A stretch of DNA of 64,000 nt from an uncultured delta proteobacterium (lineage in GTDB: Bacteria > Myxococcota_A > Polyangia > Polyangiales > Houyiibacteriaceae). The translations under genes were made by a program, and so were the position numbers. Of this stretch, positions 18,129 to 27,954 are shown piece by piece (the first letter of the stretch is position 1; each line of letters starts with the position of its first letter). The DNA lies in NCBI GenBank assembly GCA_963842915.1, contig CAWJII010000004.1, positions 1 through 64,000 of the forward strand. Reading direction: 5' to 3'. The notes under the pieces are model-generated. The model was given only the letters and a program-made list of their open reading frames with translations. It ran no database searches and was not told the DNA's origin.

Positions 18129-19236
18129 CGATTTGGGGGGGGCTTTGACGGGGGCTCGGACAAGCTGGGAAGTTGGCCAGGCGTGGGCGCAAGACGTCCT
18201 GCGCGCGCTGAACGCAGGCATCATCGTGTTCTCCGGCAGCGGCGAGATTCTGTTTGGCAATCCCCGCGCGCGCGTCGTCCTTCATCGGAAATGGGACAAC
18301 TTGGTCGGCGCCAATGTGTCCGATGTGCTGGTCAGCGTCGAGGATCTCGTCGCGGGCGCCAACGAAGAGCGCATCGAGTTCGACATCAGACTTCCCGGCG
18401 GTGAGCTCATCGCGATCGGCGCTTCGATCACGGCCCTGGGAGTCGACGAGTCGGCCGATCTGGGCTCGCTCCCACCGCAGAGCGAGCGAACCTACGCGTG
18501 CATGTTCCAGGACATCACGCAGCTACGTCAGATTCAGGTCGAACGAGACCGCCTTCTTCAAGTCGGAGCCTTGAATGCTGCGCTGCCGTCGGTTCTGCAC
18601 GAGCTTCGTAATCCAGTGGCCGCCATCGCCACCAGCCTGGAAGTTCTCGTGGAGGAATCCGAAGGCGATTTGCAGAACGACCTGCATGCGCTTCTCACGG
18701 AAATCCGGCGAGTGAGCCTGAACCTGCAGGGAGTCGGTTCGGTGGTGCGTGACTTGCGCTCATCTCGCTTCGCTGCAGTCGACGAGTGCCTGCACAACCT
18801 GCTTCGCGTCATGGAGGCCCAAGCCGAAGCAAAGGCGGTCACGCTCGTCGACGAGATCGACACGATGCCGCTGTTGCCTCTCGACGTCAGCGTCGTTCAG
18901 GCGATCGCGTTCAATCTGATTCACAACGCGATTGCCGCATCGAACGAAGGGGGCGCGGTCAAAGTCAAAGCCTGCCTCGATTCTGGTCGTTCGTTCTACC
19001 TCGTCGTCACCGACGCCGGTGCGGGCATGTCCGAAGAGGTCATGCAGAGGGCAACCAGCCTGTTCTTCACCACGAAATCGCGAGGAAGCGGGCTCGGTTT
19101 GGCGCTGGTCAAGCGCTGCGTGGAAACAGCGAACGGCCAACTCCGGTTCTTCTCTGAGCTCGGCAAGGGGACCGAGGCTACCGTCATCATTCCGGAGGCG
19201 ACCAGTCCACCGGGCAAAACAGTTGCAAGAGCGTAA
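18121..19236 (+). CDS. sensor histidine kinase (PAS-like, HisKA, HATPase_c)
   Basis: H-box LHELRNP; G-boxes DAGAGM and GSGLGL. The start is uncertain. Confidence 0.85.
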   Translation: MKADLGGALTGARTSWEVGQAWAQDVLRALNAGIIVFSGSGEILFGNPRARVVLHRKWDNLVGANVSDVLVSVEDLVAGANEERIEFDIRLPGGELIAIGASITALGVDESADLGSLPPQSERTYACMFQDITQLRQIQVERDRLLQVGALNAALPSVLHELRNPVAAIATSLEVLVEESEGDLQNDLHALLTEIRRVSLNLQGVGSVVRDLRSSRFAAVDECLHNLLRVMEAQAEAKAVTLVDEIDTMPLLPLDVSVVQAIAFNLIHNAIAASNEGGAVKVKACLDSGRSFYLVVTDAGAGMSEEVMQRATSLFFTTKSRGSGLGLALVKRCVETANGQLRFFSELGKGTEATVIIPEATSPPGKTVARA

Positions 19237-19276
19237 GCATTGGCGGTGGGGTCCACCGCGAGAATAGGGGGAACAC

Positions 19277-19642
19277 ATGTCGAGAGTCGATCACCTGAAC
19301 AAGATACTACGTTCGCTGCAGAGCGGCTCACCGGACGTCGAAGCAAGCGCACTGATCTCCGAGGACGGTCTCATGATCGCAAGCGCCCTACCCGCGCACG
19401 TCGACGAAACCCGGGTTGCGGGCATGTCGGCAACACTGCTGTCACTGGGCACTCGCGCTGCGACCGAGCTGGAGCGCGGCGACGTCATGGAGGTGCTGGT
19501 TCGCGGCAAGGATGGCTACGCGGTCATGCTCGATGCCGGTGGCGGGACACTACTTCTGGTCATGGCAAACGCGGCCGCCAAGTTGGGCCTCATCTTTCTC
19601 GACATGCGACGAGCCGTCGTCGACATCAAGAAAATCCTCTAA
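19277..19642 (+). CDS. roadblock/LC7 domain protein (MglB-like)
   Basis: 121 aa; typical roadblock pattern SALISEDGLMIAS…GYAVMLDAGGGTLLLVMAN. Confidence 0.85.
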   Translation: MSRVDHLNKILRSLQSGSPDVEASALISEDGLMIASALPAHVDETRVAGMSATLLSLGTRAATELERGDVMEVLVRGKDGYAVMLDAGGGTLLLVMANAAAKLGLIFLDMRRAVVDIKKIL

Positions 19643-19660
19643 GGGACGAAAGGATTTCCC

Positions 19661-20419
19661 ATGCCTAATACAGTTCTCTACGACCAGAACGGCCACAAGA
19701 ACATCCTTCTGCCCGATTTCGGCCACGGCGGCCTTGCGGTGCAGGCCAACCAGCACCTCGTCATTCACGGCAACGAGGGGATGATTCTCGACCCCGGCGG
19801 GCACAAAGTCTACAACAAGGTGCTCTCCGAGACGACGTCCTTGCTCGGCGGCGCGCAGCTCAAGTACCTGTTCCTGTCCCATCAAGATCCGGACATCATC
19901 GCAGCGGTGAACGGCTGGCTCATGACCACAGACGCAGAGGCCTATATCTCGTCGCTGTGGATTCGATTCGTTCCGCACTTCGGCCTCGATCGCCTGGTCG
20001 CCGACCGGCTCAAACCCATTCCCGATGAGGGAATGAAGCTGAGCTTGGGCGGCCAGGATCTGCTCGCGCTCCCGGCCCATTTCCTGCACTCGACCGGAAA
20101 CTTCCACCTCTACGATCCCGTATCGAAGATTCTGTACACCGGAGATCTCGGAGCCTCCCTCGGGCAAGAGTACATCTTCGTGTCCGACTTCGATTCGCAC
20201 CTGCAGTACATGGAAGGGTTTCACAGGCGGTACATGGCAAGCACCAAGGCTCTGCAGGTCTGGGTGAAGCTGGCTCGCCAGTTGGACATCGAAATCATCG
20301 CGCCTCAGCATGGCGCGCAGTTCAAGGGCAAAGAGATGGTCAACAAGTTCATCGACTGGTGCGACACCCTGGAGTGCGGCATCGACGCGATGGAAGGCAT
20401 CTACAAGATCCCCAGCTGA
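19661..20419 (+). CDS. MBL-fold metallo-hydrolase, possibly ODP/flavodiiron-type di-iron sensor domain
   Basis: 252 aa. Degenerate MBL motif LSHQDPD plus downstream His/Asp ligands (HFLHS, GDLG, PQHG). Compact single-domain size like ODP. Confidence 0.75.
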   Translation: MPNTVLYDQNGHKNILLPDFGHGGLAVQANQHLVIHGNEGMILDPGGHKVYNKVLSETTSLLGGAQLKYLFLSHQDPDIIAAVNGWLMTTDAEAYISSLWIRFVPHFGLDRLVADRLKPIPDEGMKLSLGGQDLLALPAHFLHSTGNFHLYDPVSKILYTGDLGASLGQEYIFVSDFDSHLQYMEGFHRRYMASTKALQVWVKLARQLDIEIIAPQHGAQFKGKEMVNKFIDWCDTLECGIDAMEGIYKIPS

Positions 20420-20429
20420 GGAGCTCCTG

Positions 20430-21530
20430 GTGAACGCGTTACTCTTGGTGGTGGAAGATGAGCCGGTCCTGCGGATCTCGCTGGTTCGCGGCCTGACGAA
20501 GCTCCAAGGAGTCACCGCGGTCGGCGCTGGAACCATCGCCGAGGCGCTCGAGATCATCGAAAACGAACCTCCGCAGTTGATTGTCTCCGACATCGACTTG
20601 CCCGACGGATCGGGGCTCGAGCTCATCTCGGTCTTGGACCAGAGGTCGCTGAAGATCCCGATCATCTACGCATCGGCGTACGTCGCGAAGTACCGCGTTC
20701 AAATTCCATCCCGGAGCAACATCACGGTTCTCGAGAAACCAATTCCGCTGGCCGAGATTCGCAAGATGGTAACCGATCGGCTCAGTGTCGCGCAGAGTGA
20801 AGAGGAGAAAGCGGCTCCCTTCGACGCGACGGACTATCTGCAACTGGCCTGTATGTGCCGCAAGTCGGTGGACATCGTCGTGCACCAAGAGGCAGAAGAG
20901 CTCGGCCACATCTTGATTCGAGACGGCGAGCTCTGGGGAGCGGTGAAGGGCCAATCGCAGGGAGAGGAGGCGCTGCGCGAGTTGGTGTTCGCCACCGGGG
21001 TGGAAGTCAGCTGCGTAGGCATTCGGCGCCCCGAGACAGAGCGAACGATCCATCAAAGCTGGGAGTCGATTCTGCTCGAAGCCGCGCGGCTTCACGATGA
21101 AGGGGAAGCCTCCCCCAAGGGTCCCTTCGACGACGACGGCACGGTCACCTTCGAGTTCGACCGTGTGGAAGAGGAGCAGCCGAAAACCGCGCCACCCCCA
21201 GCGCCCCCCGCAAACACGGCCGAGTCGAGGCCCACAGTCGTGTTCGACTACGAGAAACGAGAACGCCGCTTGCGAGAATACGAAGAGAGCCAGTACCCGG
21301 CCAGGAACGTCGACACCCAAAGTCAAACCGCACCAGCCGCGTCGAACTACGTCAAGGTCCGCTTTGACGAGCTCTACGAAGAGGGGGTCGACGCGCTTTT
21401 GGCGCGCGACTACCCGCGAGCTCTCGAGGCCTTCAAGGAATGCAACAGCCTGGTGCCGACCGACTCGCGCGTCATCGCCAACCTAAAACGGCTGACGGAC
21501 ATGGGGTACGCCACGGGAGAGGACTCATGA
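20430..21530 (+). CDS. response regulator with C-terminal DUF4388-like domain
   Basis: GTG start, with GAGGAG 6 nt upstream. Receiver motifs LLVVEDEP and IVSDIDLPDGSG. Confidence 0.85.
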   Translation: MNALLLVVEDEPVLRISLVRGLTKLQGVTAVGAGTIAEALEIIENEPPQLIVSDIDLPDGSGLELISVLDQRSLKIPIIYASAYVAKYRVQIPSRSNITVLEKPIPLAEIRKMVTDRLSVAQSEEEKAAPFDATDYLQLACMCRKSVDIVVHQEAEELGHILIRDGELWGAVKGQSQGEEALRELVFATGVEVSCVGIRRPETERTIHQSWESILLEAARLHDEGEASPKGPFDDDGTVTFEFDRVEEEQPKTAPPPAPPANTAESRPTVVFDYEKRERRLREYEESQYPARNVDTQSQTAPAASNYVKVRFDELYEEGVDALLARDYPRALEAFKECNSLVPTDSRVIANLKRLTDMGYATGEDS

Positions 21531-22162
21531 GCAACGCCGTTCGCTCGCCGGTGCTGGGAGAACAGGTTCCCCTCTTCGTCATCATCGGGCTCACGATCAT
21601 TGGTGTGCTAAGCGCGCTGCTCACGACCAAGGCGCTTGCCGAGCGCGCGTCGAAAGGGCGGCCGAGCACGCCGACGCCTCAGGTCGCGCCGGCCTCCCCC
21701 GTCGACGAAACGCAGACGACGATGCAGGCGGCTGTGCCGGAGAGCCCACGAGAAGCGCAGACTCCCACGGTTGCGCAAGAGCCCGCTGCGCCGGACTGTC
21801 CCGAGTTTCCGGGCTTCTCGTTCCGTGTCGGTCGTAGCAAACCCGTCGACAACCTAGACGACGGTGTTCGCGCCGTCGTCGCCTGGATGCAGCGTCACCC
21901 CGACGCTGTCCTCATCATCGAGGGACATGCCGACGCCACCGGAGGCCCCAAGCTCAATCTGAGCCTGAGCTTCGATCGCGCCCGGGCAGTTGCCGAGCTC
22001 TTCGCTTTGCAGGGTCTGGACCCCCTGCGCATCGACGTCGAGGCGTATGGCGCGTTCCGCCCCATTGAACGGCGAGACGGACCATCCGCAGTCGATCGCC
22101 GCGTAAGCCTGCGCACCGGTGGTGAACCGGCGTGTTCACATCGAGAAGGGAACAAGCCATGA
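21527..22162 (+). CDS. MotB/OmpA-like protein (N-terminal TM plus C-terminal OmpA peptidoglycan-binding domain)
   Basis: ATGA overlap with the response regulator. IEGHADATGGPKLNLSLSFDRARAV is an OmpA-like signature. Confidence 0.75.
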   Translation: MSNAVRSPVLGEQVPLFVIIGLTIIGVLSALLTTKALAERASKGRPSTPTPQVAPASPVDETQTTMQAAVPESPREAQTPTVAQEPAAPDCPEFPGFSFRVGRSKPVDNLDDGVRAVVAWMQRHPDAVLIIEGHADATGGPKLNLSLSFDRARAVAELFALQGLDPLRIDVEAYGAFRPIERRDGPSAVDRRVSLRTGGEPACSHREGNKP

Positions 22163-22950
22163 GTGCCATCGTATTGCTTTGGGCCGGCCTCGCCATCGCG
22201 ATGCTCCTGAGCTCGGGCTATCTATTCGGCGTCTACTCGAGTCGCGTGGCCCGTCAGTCGCTACGCACAGCGCTTTCCAACGCCGAAGCGCACAACGCGG
22301 CTCTCAAGGCCCAGGTCGTCGACGATCAGAATGCAATCCGCGAGCTGGCGTCCCAACTCGAGCGCGCTCGAAGCATGCTCGCGGGTCGGGCTCCTCTTGC
22401 CGATCGCAGCGGCGAGCGCATGGAAGAGATCGCCAGCAGAGTGAAAGCCGAGATCGCGCCGCTCCTTCAAGGCGCGCAGAGGTCCGAACAGCTCCATGCC
22501 GACCTCAAGCGGCAACTTCAACCCCTTCTCGAACGAGACCAGGCGACCTCAGCACTCGCCAATCTCGACCCAGCAATTGCCGAGTCGGGCGACCTGCCCA
22601 ACGCGCTGACGCTCATCGCGGACGCCGGCGGTTTCGGCACTGTCGTGCTCAGTGACAACGTCGGTTTGCCAATGGCGAACAACAAGGGAGGCAAAGACGT
22701 CGAAGTCCACGCGGGCCTATCGTCCTTGCTCTTGACCATGGTCGATCGTGTCAAAGGCAACGAGCTGCCCGCACCGATCGCCGCGGTTTTTCGCGACCAG
22801 GCCAACCAGGTCGTCGTGCACCGAGTTTTCACCGTGGACTCCGAACGCTACGTCCTCACGGCCGTGGCGACCGGCAAGTCGATGGCTCCGGACATCCTCG
22901 ACCCGACCCTCAAAACCGTCGAACGCATCATCGATCGGGCGCGCTGGTAG
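22159..22950 (+). CDS. membrane-anchored coiled-coil protein with C-terminal roadblock/LC7-like domain
   Basis: ATGA overlap with the previous gene. TM, coiled coil, then GFGTVVLSDNVGLPMANN…HAGLSSLLL. Confidence 0.6.
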   Translation: MSAIVLLWAGLAIAMLLSSGYLFGVYSSRVARQSLRTALSNAEAHNAALKAQVVDDQNAIRELASQLERARSMLAGRAPLADRSGERMEEIASRVKAEIAPLLQGAQRSEQLHADLKRQLQPLLERDQATSALANLDPAIAESGDLPNALTLIADAGGFGTVVLSDNVGLPMANNKGGKDVEVHAGLSSLLLTMVDRVKGNELPAPIAAVFRDQANQVVVHRVFTVDSERYVLTAVATGKSMAPDILDPTLKTVERIIDRARW

Positions 22951-22985
22951 GTTTCGTCAGCGTTCTCAGGACGGGCGACAATTGA

Positions 22986-23017
22986 TTACAGAGAGAGGCG
23001 TCGGGCTTCTCTCTGTA
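22986..23017 (+). terminator. stem-loop tacagagaga-N12-tctctctgta after the operon (no U tract)
   Basis: Perfect 10-bp stem read directly. Confidence 0.3.
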
Positions 23018-23183
23018 TGGGGCAAGCGAGGAACGGCGAAGATGCCGCATGTTTTGGGTCGAGCTCGGGCGACCTCCCAACCAATAGGACCGTCAGCTTG
23101 CCCTGACGCTAGCCGATACGCCTTGCGGGCTATCTCTCAAACGGTACCGTTAATACTTGAGGGCTATCGTAGGGGGGATCGTG

Positions 23184-24890
23184 ATGTTGAAGATGAGATA
23201 CGCCGTGTTGGCTGCCATATTGAGCTCGACAGGCTGTGGAACGGCTGCGCTCGAAGAAGTCGAGCCAAGGGATTCGGAGTCGCCAGGCAACGTCGACAAT
23301 CCGGCTGCTTCGGATCCGAGTTGCGCCAATTGCCAGGATCCCGGCGCACAAGTTCCGCCCACCACCGACCCGGGCGCACAAGTTCCGCCCACCACCGACC
23401 CGGGCGCACAAGTTCCGCCAGCCGCCGATCCCGGCGCACAAGCTCCGCCGGTCACAGATCCCGGCGCACAAGCTCCGCCGGTCACAGATCCCGGCGCACA
23501 AGATCCGCCGGTCACAGATCCCGGCGCACAAGATCCGCCGGTCACCGATCCTGGCGCGCAAGATCCGCCGGTCACCGATCCTGGCGCACAAGATCCGCCG
23601 GTCACCGATCCCGGCGCGCAAGATCCTCCCGCCACCGATCCCGGCGACGGATGCGCTGCGTGCCCGGACCCGCTCCCCAGCGATCCCCCGGACCTTCCGC
23701 CGGCGACCTGCAACGCCCCTTCGGGTCCGGTCGACACATCGAACCCGACGCGGGTCGTGGGAGACGGAACTCCGGCGAGTTGTACCGAAAGTGCGCTACG
23801 CGATGCGATCGCAGGCGGCGGTATCATCACCTTCGACTGTGGGTCGGCAAACAAGACCATCAGCATCACACAGACGCTGGTTGCACCCTCGGACCGTGAC
23901 ACCACGATCGACGGCAACCACAAGATCACCTTGGACGGCGGCGGCAACACGCAGATCCTCACGGCTTACGACGGCGACTGGCGCAACAACGGGCACACGC
24001 TCACGGTGCAACGGCTCGTGATGCAGCGCGGGCACGATCCCGGAACCGGCTACGCCCCCCGCAGCGGCGACAGCCTCTGCGCTTGGGGATACAAGGACGG
24101 CGGTGGGGGCGCGATCTTCACGCGCAATGTCAAGGTACACGTATGGGGCGCGACCTTCCTAGACAACCAGGGTCCCGATATCGGACCCGACGTAGCTGGC
24201 GGTGCGATCTACGTGCTCGGCGCTATCGAGCTAGTCGTCACCAATAGCGCGTTCCGCGGCAACTCAGCCTCGAACGGCGGTGCCATCGGCCTGCTTCACA
24301 CCGCCTCCTACCTCTACAACGTCACCTTCGAGGACAACGCAGCGACCGGGATGCTGGCGAATTTCGCCGGGGGCGAGGCCGCGGGTTGTCCGGTGTTCAA
24401 CCATGGCGATCAGGGCGGAGCCGGCGGGCTTGGCGGCGCCTTCTACACCGATGGGCACGATCCTGAGGTCGTGTTTTGCGGGGTCGAGATGTCCAGCAAC
24501 GTATCGGGCGACCTCGGCGGCGCGGTCTTCGTTTCGCGATACTGGGGCACCGGCGGGGGACGCCAAACGATCACCTGGGAGAAGTCGACCTTCACCGACA
24601 ACTACTCCCCCACCGGAGGCGGTGGGGCGGCGTACGTGAACAACTCGTACTTCACGCTGAATGACTGTAGCTTCGACGGGAACTCCGCAGGAGACGGCGA
24701 CGGCGGTGCGCTCAAGTTCAACGGCATCACGTTGAACGCTAGTGACGTGTCCTTCACCAACAACACATCGGCGTGGGGTGGCGCGGTCGCGCACTGGGGC
24801 GGAGGCCCTGAAGGCACAGGTACGGCGACCAACATCACCCTCTCGGGCAACACACCCAACGACTTCGTCGGCGACTTCCCCGCGCCTTGA
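23184..24890 (+). CDS. lipoprotein with 11 tandem DPGAQxPPVT repeats followed by a right-handed parallel beta-helix domain
   Basis: Lipobox LSSTGCG. RBS aggggggat. Beta-helix motifs GGAIY…NSAFRGNSASNGGAIGL. Confidence 0.75.
   Translation: MLKMRYAVLAAILSSTGCGTAALEEVEPRDSESPGNVDNPAASDPSCANCQDPGAQVPPTTDPGAQVPPTTDPGAQVPPAADPGAQAPPVTDPGAQAPPVTDPGAQDPPVTDPGAQDPPVTDPGAQDPPVTDPGAQDPPVTDPGAQDPPATDPGDGCAACPDPLPSDPPDLPPATCNAPSGPVDTSNPTRVVGDGTPASCTESALRDAIAGGGIITFDCGSANKTISITQTLVAPSDRDTTIDGNHKITLDGGGNTQILTAYDGDWRNNGHTLTVQRLVMQRGHDPGTGYAPRSGDSLCAWGYKDGGGGAIFTRNVKVHVWGATFLDNQGPDIGPDVAGGAIYVLGAIELVVTNSAFRGNSASNGGAIGLLHTASYLYNVTFEDNAATGMLANFAGGEAAGCPVFNHGDQGGAGGLGGAFYTDGHDPEVVFCGVEMSSNVSGDLGGAVFVSRYWGTGGGRQTITWEKSTFTDNYSPTGGGGAAYVNNSYFTLNDCSFDGNSAGDGDGGALKFNGITLNASDVSFTNNTSAWGGAVAHWGGGPEGTGTATNITLSGNTPNDFVGDFPAP
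23335..23650 (+). repeat. tandem 30-bp coding repeat (~10.5 copies) cccggcgcacaagWtccgccSRccRccgat
   Basis: Read directly. Copies differ only at 2-4 positions. Confidence 0.85.
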
Positions 24891-24927
24891 ACGGCGTCGA
24901 GACCGTCGTGTTCTTGAGCCGACTCGG

Positions 24928-26094
24928 CTAGACCGAATCGAGCGCCTCAGGACCGAGCTGGTCGAGACGCGTATGTCCGGTTAGAGCCATGGCGACTTTC
25001 ATCTCTTCGCGGATGATGCGCAGGGCGTGAGCGACCCCTTCTTCACCGCCAGCGGCGACCGCGTAGGCCCACGCGCGTCCGAGCAGGCAGGCCTTCGCTC
25101 CGAGGGCGAGCATCTTCACGACATCGAGGCCACTATGAATCCCCCCGTCGACCAGCAACTCTAGGCGATCGCCAACCACCTCCTTGATGCCCGGCAAGGC
25201 GGAGGCAGTAGAACGCACGTCGTCGAGCTGCCTGCCGCCATGGTTTGAGACGACGATGGCGTCCGCGCCCACTTCGGCCGCCTCTTTGGCGTCTTGTGGA
25301 TCGAGGATGCCCTTGAGCACGAGCTTGCCCGGCCACTGCCGGCGAATCCAGGCCAGATCATCCCAGGTCACGCTCGGATCGAACTGGCTATCCACCCAAC
25401 CCTTGAACTGGCTCGGATTTCGAGCACCCGGCACGGCTGCCTCGAGGTTGCCAAAGGTCAGTGGCTTCCCGCGTAGCGCGACGTTGAGCACCCAAGCGGG
25501 GTGCGAGAGAATGTCCCAGGCCCGAATCAGTTTCTTGGGCCCAGGGATCGCGGTGATCATTCCGTTGCGCGTATCACGATAACGCGCGCCTACGACCGCC
25601 AGGTCCACCGTCAACATGAGAACGGAGCAGCCGGCCCGCTGCGCGCGCTCCATGAGCTCTGCCGCATAGCCGCGGTCCCGCATCATGTAGAGCTGAAACC
25701 ACATCGGCACGCTCGTCGCGCTGTTCACCTCTTCGATCGAGCAGATCGACACGGTCGACTCACAGAACCGTATGCCTTCCCGCTCGGCTGCTCTCGCCGC
25801 CTGAACCTCACCTCGTCGGGCGAACATCCCGATCAGACCCACGGGCCCGAGGACGAGCGGAAGTGAGAGCTGTTCTCCGAGCACCTCGGCGCCGAGGTCG
25901 ATTTCGGAGACGTCCCGTAAAATCCGCTGCCGCAGGTGGATGCGCCCCAGTTCCTCGATGTTCGCGCGCATGGTCGACTCCTGGTAGGCGCCTCCATCGA
26001 TGTAGTCGAAGAGCTGCCGGGGCAGCTTCTTGCGCGCCAAGTCTCGGTAATCAGAGACACTTCCGGGCACGAGGTTCAGGGGTCGATCGTCCAT
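24928..26094 (-). CDS. lldD: FMN-dependent alpha-hydroxy-acid dehydrogenase (L-lactate dehydrogenase LldD-like)
   Basis: SNHGGRQLD active-site motif; FMN-binding TIM-barrel pattern. Confidence 0.85.
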   Translation of the reverse strand: MDDRPLNLVPGSVSDYRDLARKKLPRQLFDYIDGGAYQESTMRANIEELGRIHLRQRILRDVSEIDLGAEVLGEQLSLPLVLGPVGLIGMFARRGEVQAARAAEREGIRFCESTVSICSIEEVNSATSVPMWFQLYMMRDRGYAAELMERAQRAGCSVLMLTVDLAVVGARYRDTRNGMITAIPGPKKLIRAWDILSHPAWVLNVALRGKPLTFGNLEAAVPGARNPSQFKGWVDSQFDPSVTWDDLAWIRRQWPGKLVLKGILDPQDAKEAAEVGADAIVVSNHGGRQLDDVRSTASALPGIKEVVGDRLELLVDGGIHSGLDVVKMLALGAKACLLGRAWAYAVAAGGEEGVAHALRIIREEMKVAMALTGHTRLDQLGPEALDSV

Positions 26095-26194
26095 TGCCGG
26101 GCACAATCTCGTGGGTTCTGCGGCTCGTCAAGCGATTCGCTGCGATCGGCGCCCGCTGTGTGCTTCTCCCAGTTTGTGCTACTGAGCCCGCTCC

Positions 26195-27931
26195 ATGTCT
26201 GAGTTACTTACCCTAGAGCAGGCCCCTGCGGGCCTCGGCGCCGCCTTGCGCAAGGCCGGTTTTGAGAATTTCACCGCCATCCAGCAAGCGATTCTGGATC
26301 CCGATTTGGCAGGGCGCGACCTGCGCATCTCCTCCCAAACCGGCTCCGGAAAGACAGTCGCGCTCGGCCTGCTCCTCGGTCCGACGGTAGCCATTGCAGC
26401 CGCCACGGCGGAGCCGCGGAAGGCTCGCAGGTCCGCACCGGCCGCACCGGTCGCCCTACTCATTGCCCCGACCCGGGAGCTCGCCGGTCAGCTCGGACGT
26501 GAGCTTCGCTGGCTCTACGAACCGCTCAAGGCCCGCGTTCTCGTCGTTACCGGCGGGACGAGCGTGATGCAGGAGCGCTCCCAGCTCGCTACCCTGCCGC
26601 AGGTCGTCATCGGTACGCCCGGCCGCCTTCTCGATCATTTGCGCGGCGGCGCCCTGACGCTGGACAAGCTCAAGACTCTGGCACTCGACGAAGCCGACGA
26701 GATGCTCGACATGAACTTCGAGGAAGAGCTGGACGGCATCCTCGGCTTCACGCCCGAGACGCGCAGCACCCATCTGGTGTCGGCAACCTTTCCGCGCGCA
26801 GTCGTGAGGCTGGCAGACCGCCTTCAGCAGCGACCGGTCTCGGTGCAGGGTACGGTTCTCGGAAAGGCCAATGCCGACATCGAGCACCAAGTGATGCACG
26901 TCCGCCAGGCCGACCGCTTCCACGCAGCCATCAACGTGCTGCTTCGCTATCCGGAAGACAAGACGCTGCTCTTCGTGCGCACGCGAACCGAAACCGTCCG
27001 GCTCGCCGATGAGCTCACCGCCGCCGGGCTCGCGGCGCGCGCCCTCAACGGCGAGATGACTCAGCGCGAGCGAACCGCGACCTTCACGCAGTTCCGAAAT
27101 GGCACCATTCGCTACCTGGTCGCCACCGATGTAGCGGCGCGCGGCCTCGACGTGCAAGACATTGCCCGCGTCATTCAAGTCGACCTCCCCGACAACGCCG
27201 ATGTGTTCACCCACCGTAGCGGTCGAACCGGGCGAGCCGGACGCCGTGGCACCAACGTGCTGTTCGCCGCGGCCCGCGCCGAGTTCCGAGTCAAGAGCAC
27301 CTTGCGTGCAGCGGGAGTGGACGCACGGCTGGTCCCGATTCCGACTCCCGAAGAGATTTTCGCCGCCACCGACGAGCGAACCGGCGAAAGCTTCCTGCGC
27401 GACCTCGCCAAGCAGACCGGTGAGCCGGACGGCCGGGCCAAGGACTTGGCCGAGCGCCTGCTCGCCGAGCACTCGCCCGCCGACCTGGTGGCCTGCCTTC
27501 TCAAACGAGAATCGGAACGCAGCCAGGGCAGCCCCAAGCGCATCCGAGACGACGCGAAGCCCGGTCGCCACGAACGCAAGCCGCAGATGGCCGGCGCGAG
27601 GTCGCAGTCTGCAAAGCGCCCACAGGCGAAACGCCCAAAGGGCGACTTCATCACATTTCAAGTCAGCTGGGGCGGAGAGGCTGGCGCCGACGCCAGGAAG
27701 CTTCTGGCGATGGTTTGCCGACGAGGCGACGTGTCGAGCGAGGTGGTCGGAGCAATCCGAGTCTCAGCAAAGAGCTCGACCGTGGACGTTTTGGCGAGCG
27801 AAGCGCCGCGCTTCGAACGCGCCGTTGCCCGACCGGACAAGCGAAACCCACGCGCGCAATTCCGGCGATGGGACCCCCGCGCCAAGGCCAAGCGCTCCCG
27901 GCCCGATTCCGCCAAGGCTCGTTGCGCCTGA
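26195..27931 (+). CDS. DEAD-box ATP-dependent RNA helicase with DbpA-type C-terminal RNA-binding domain
   Basis: Q-motif FTAIQ, Walker A SQTGSGKT, PTRELA, DEAD, SAT. Confidence 0.9.
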   Translation: MSELLTLEQAPAGLGAALRKAGFENFTAIQQAILDPDLAGRDLRISSQTGSGKTVALGLLLGPTVAIAAATAEPRKARRSAPAAPVALLIAPTRELAGQLGRELRWLYEPLKARVLVVTGGTSVMQERSQLATLPQVVIGTPGRLLDHLRGGALTLDKLKTLALDEADEMLDMNFEEELDGILGFTPETRSTHLVSATFPRAVVRLADRLQQRPVSVQGTVLGKANADIEHQVMHVRQADRFHAAINVLLRYPEDKTLLFVRTRTETVRLADELTAAGLAARALNGEMTQRERTATFTQFRNGTIRYLVATDVAARGLDVQDIARVIQVDLPDNADVFTHRSGRTGRAGRRGTNVLFAAARAEFRVKSTLRAAGVDARLVPIPTPEEIFAATDERTGESFLRDLAKQTGEPDGRAKDLAERLLAEHSPADLVACLLKRESERSQGSPKRIRDDAKPGRHERKPQMAGARSQSAKRPQAKRPKGDFITFQVSWGGEAGADARKLLAMVCRRGDVSSEVVGAIRVSAKSSTVDVLASEAPRFERAVARPDKRNPRAQFRRWDPRAKAKRSRPDSAKARCA

Positions 27932-27954
27932 GCCACGCGCCGCGCAGGCGAGCG

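Noticed and set aside
16137-18260. 707-aa minus-strand ORF
   Set aside because: Antisense to the confidently identified flotillin and NfeD genes. Arg/Gly/Leu-rich low-complexity translation typical of wrong-strand ORFs in GC-rich DNA.
23108-23140. 12-bp palindrome AACGGTACCGTT upstream of the beta-helix lipoprotein
   Set aside because: About 15 perfect 12-bp palindromes are expected by chance in 64 kb, so it is not significant on its own.
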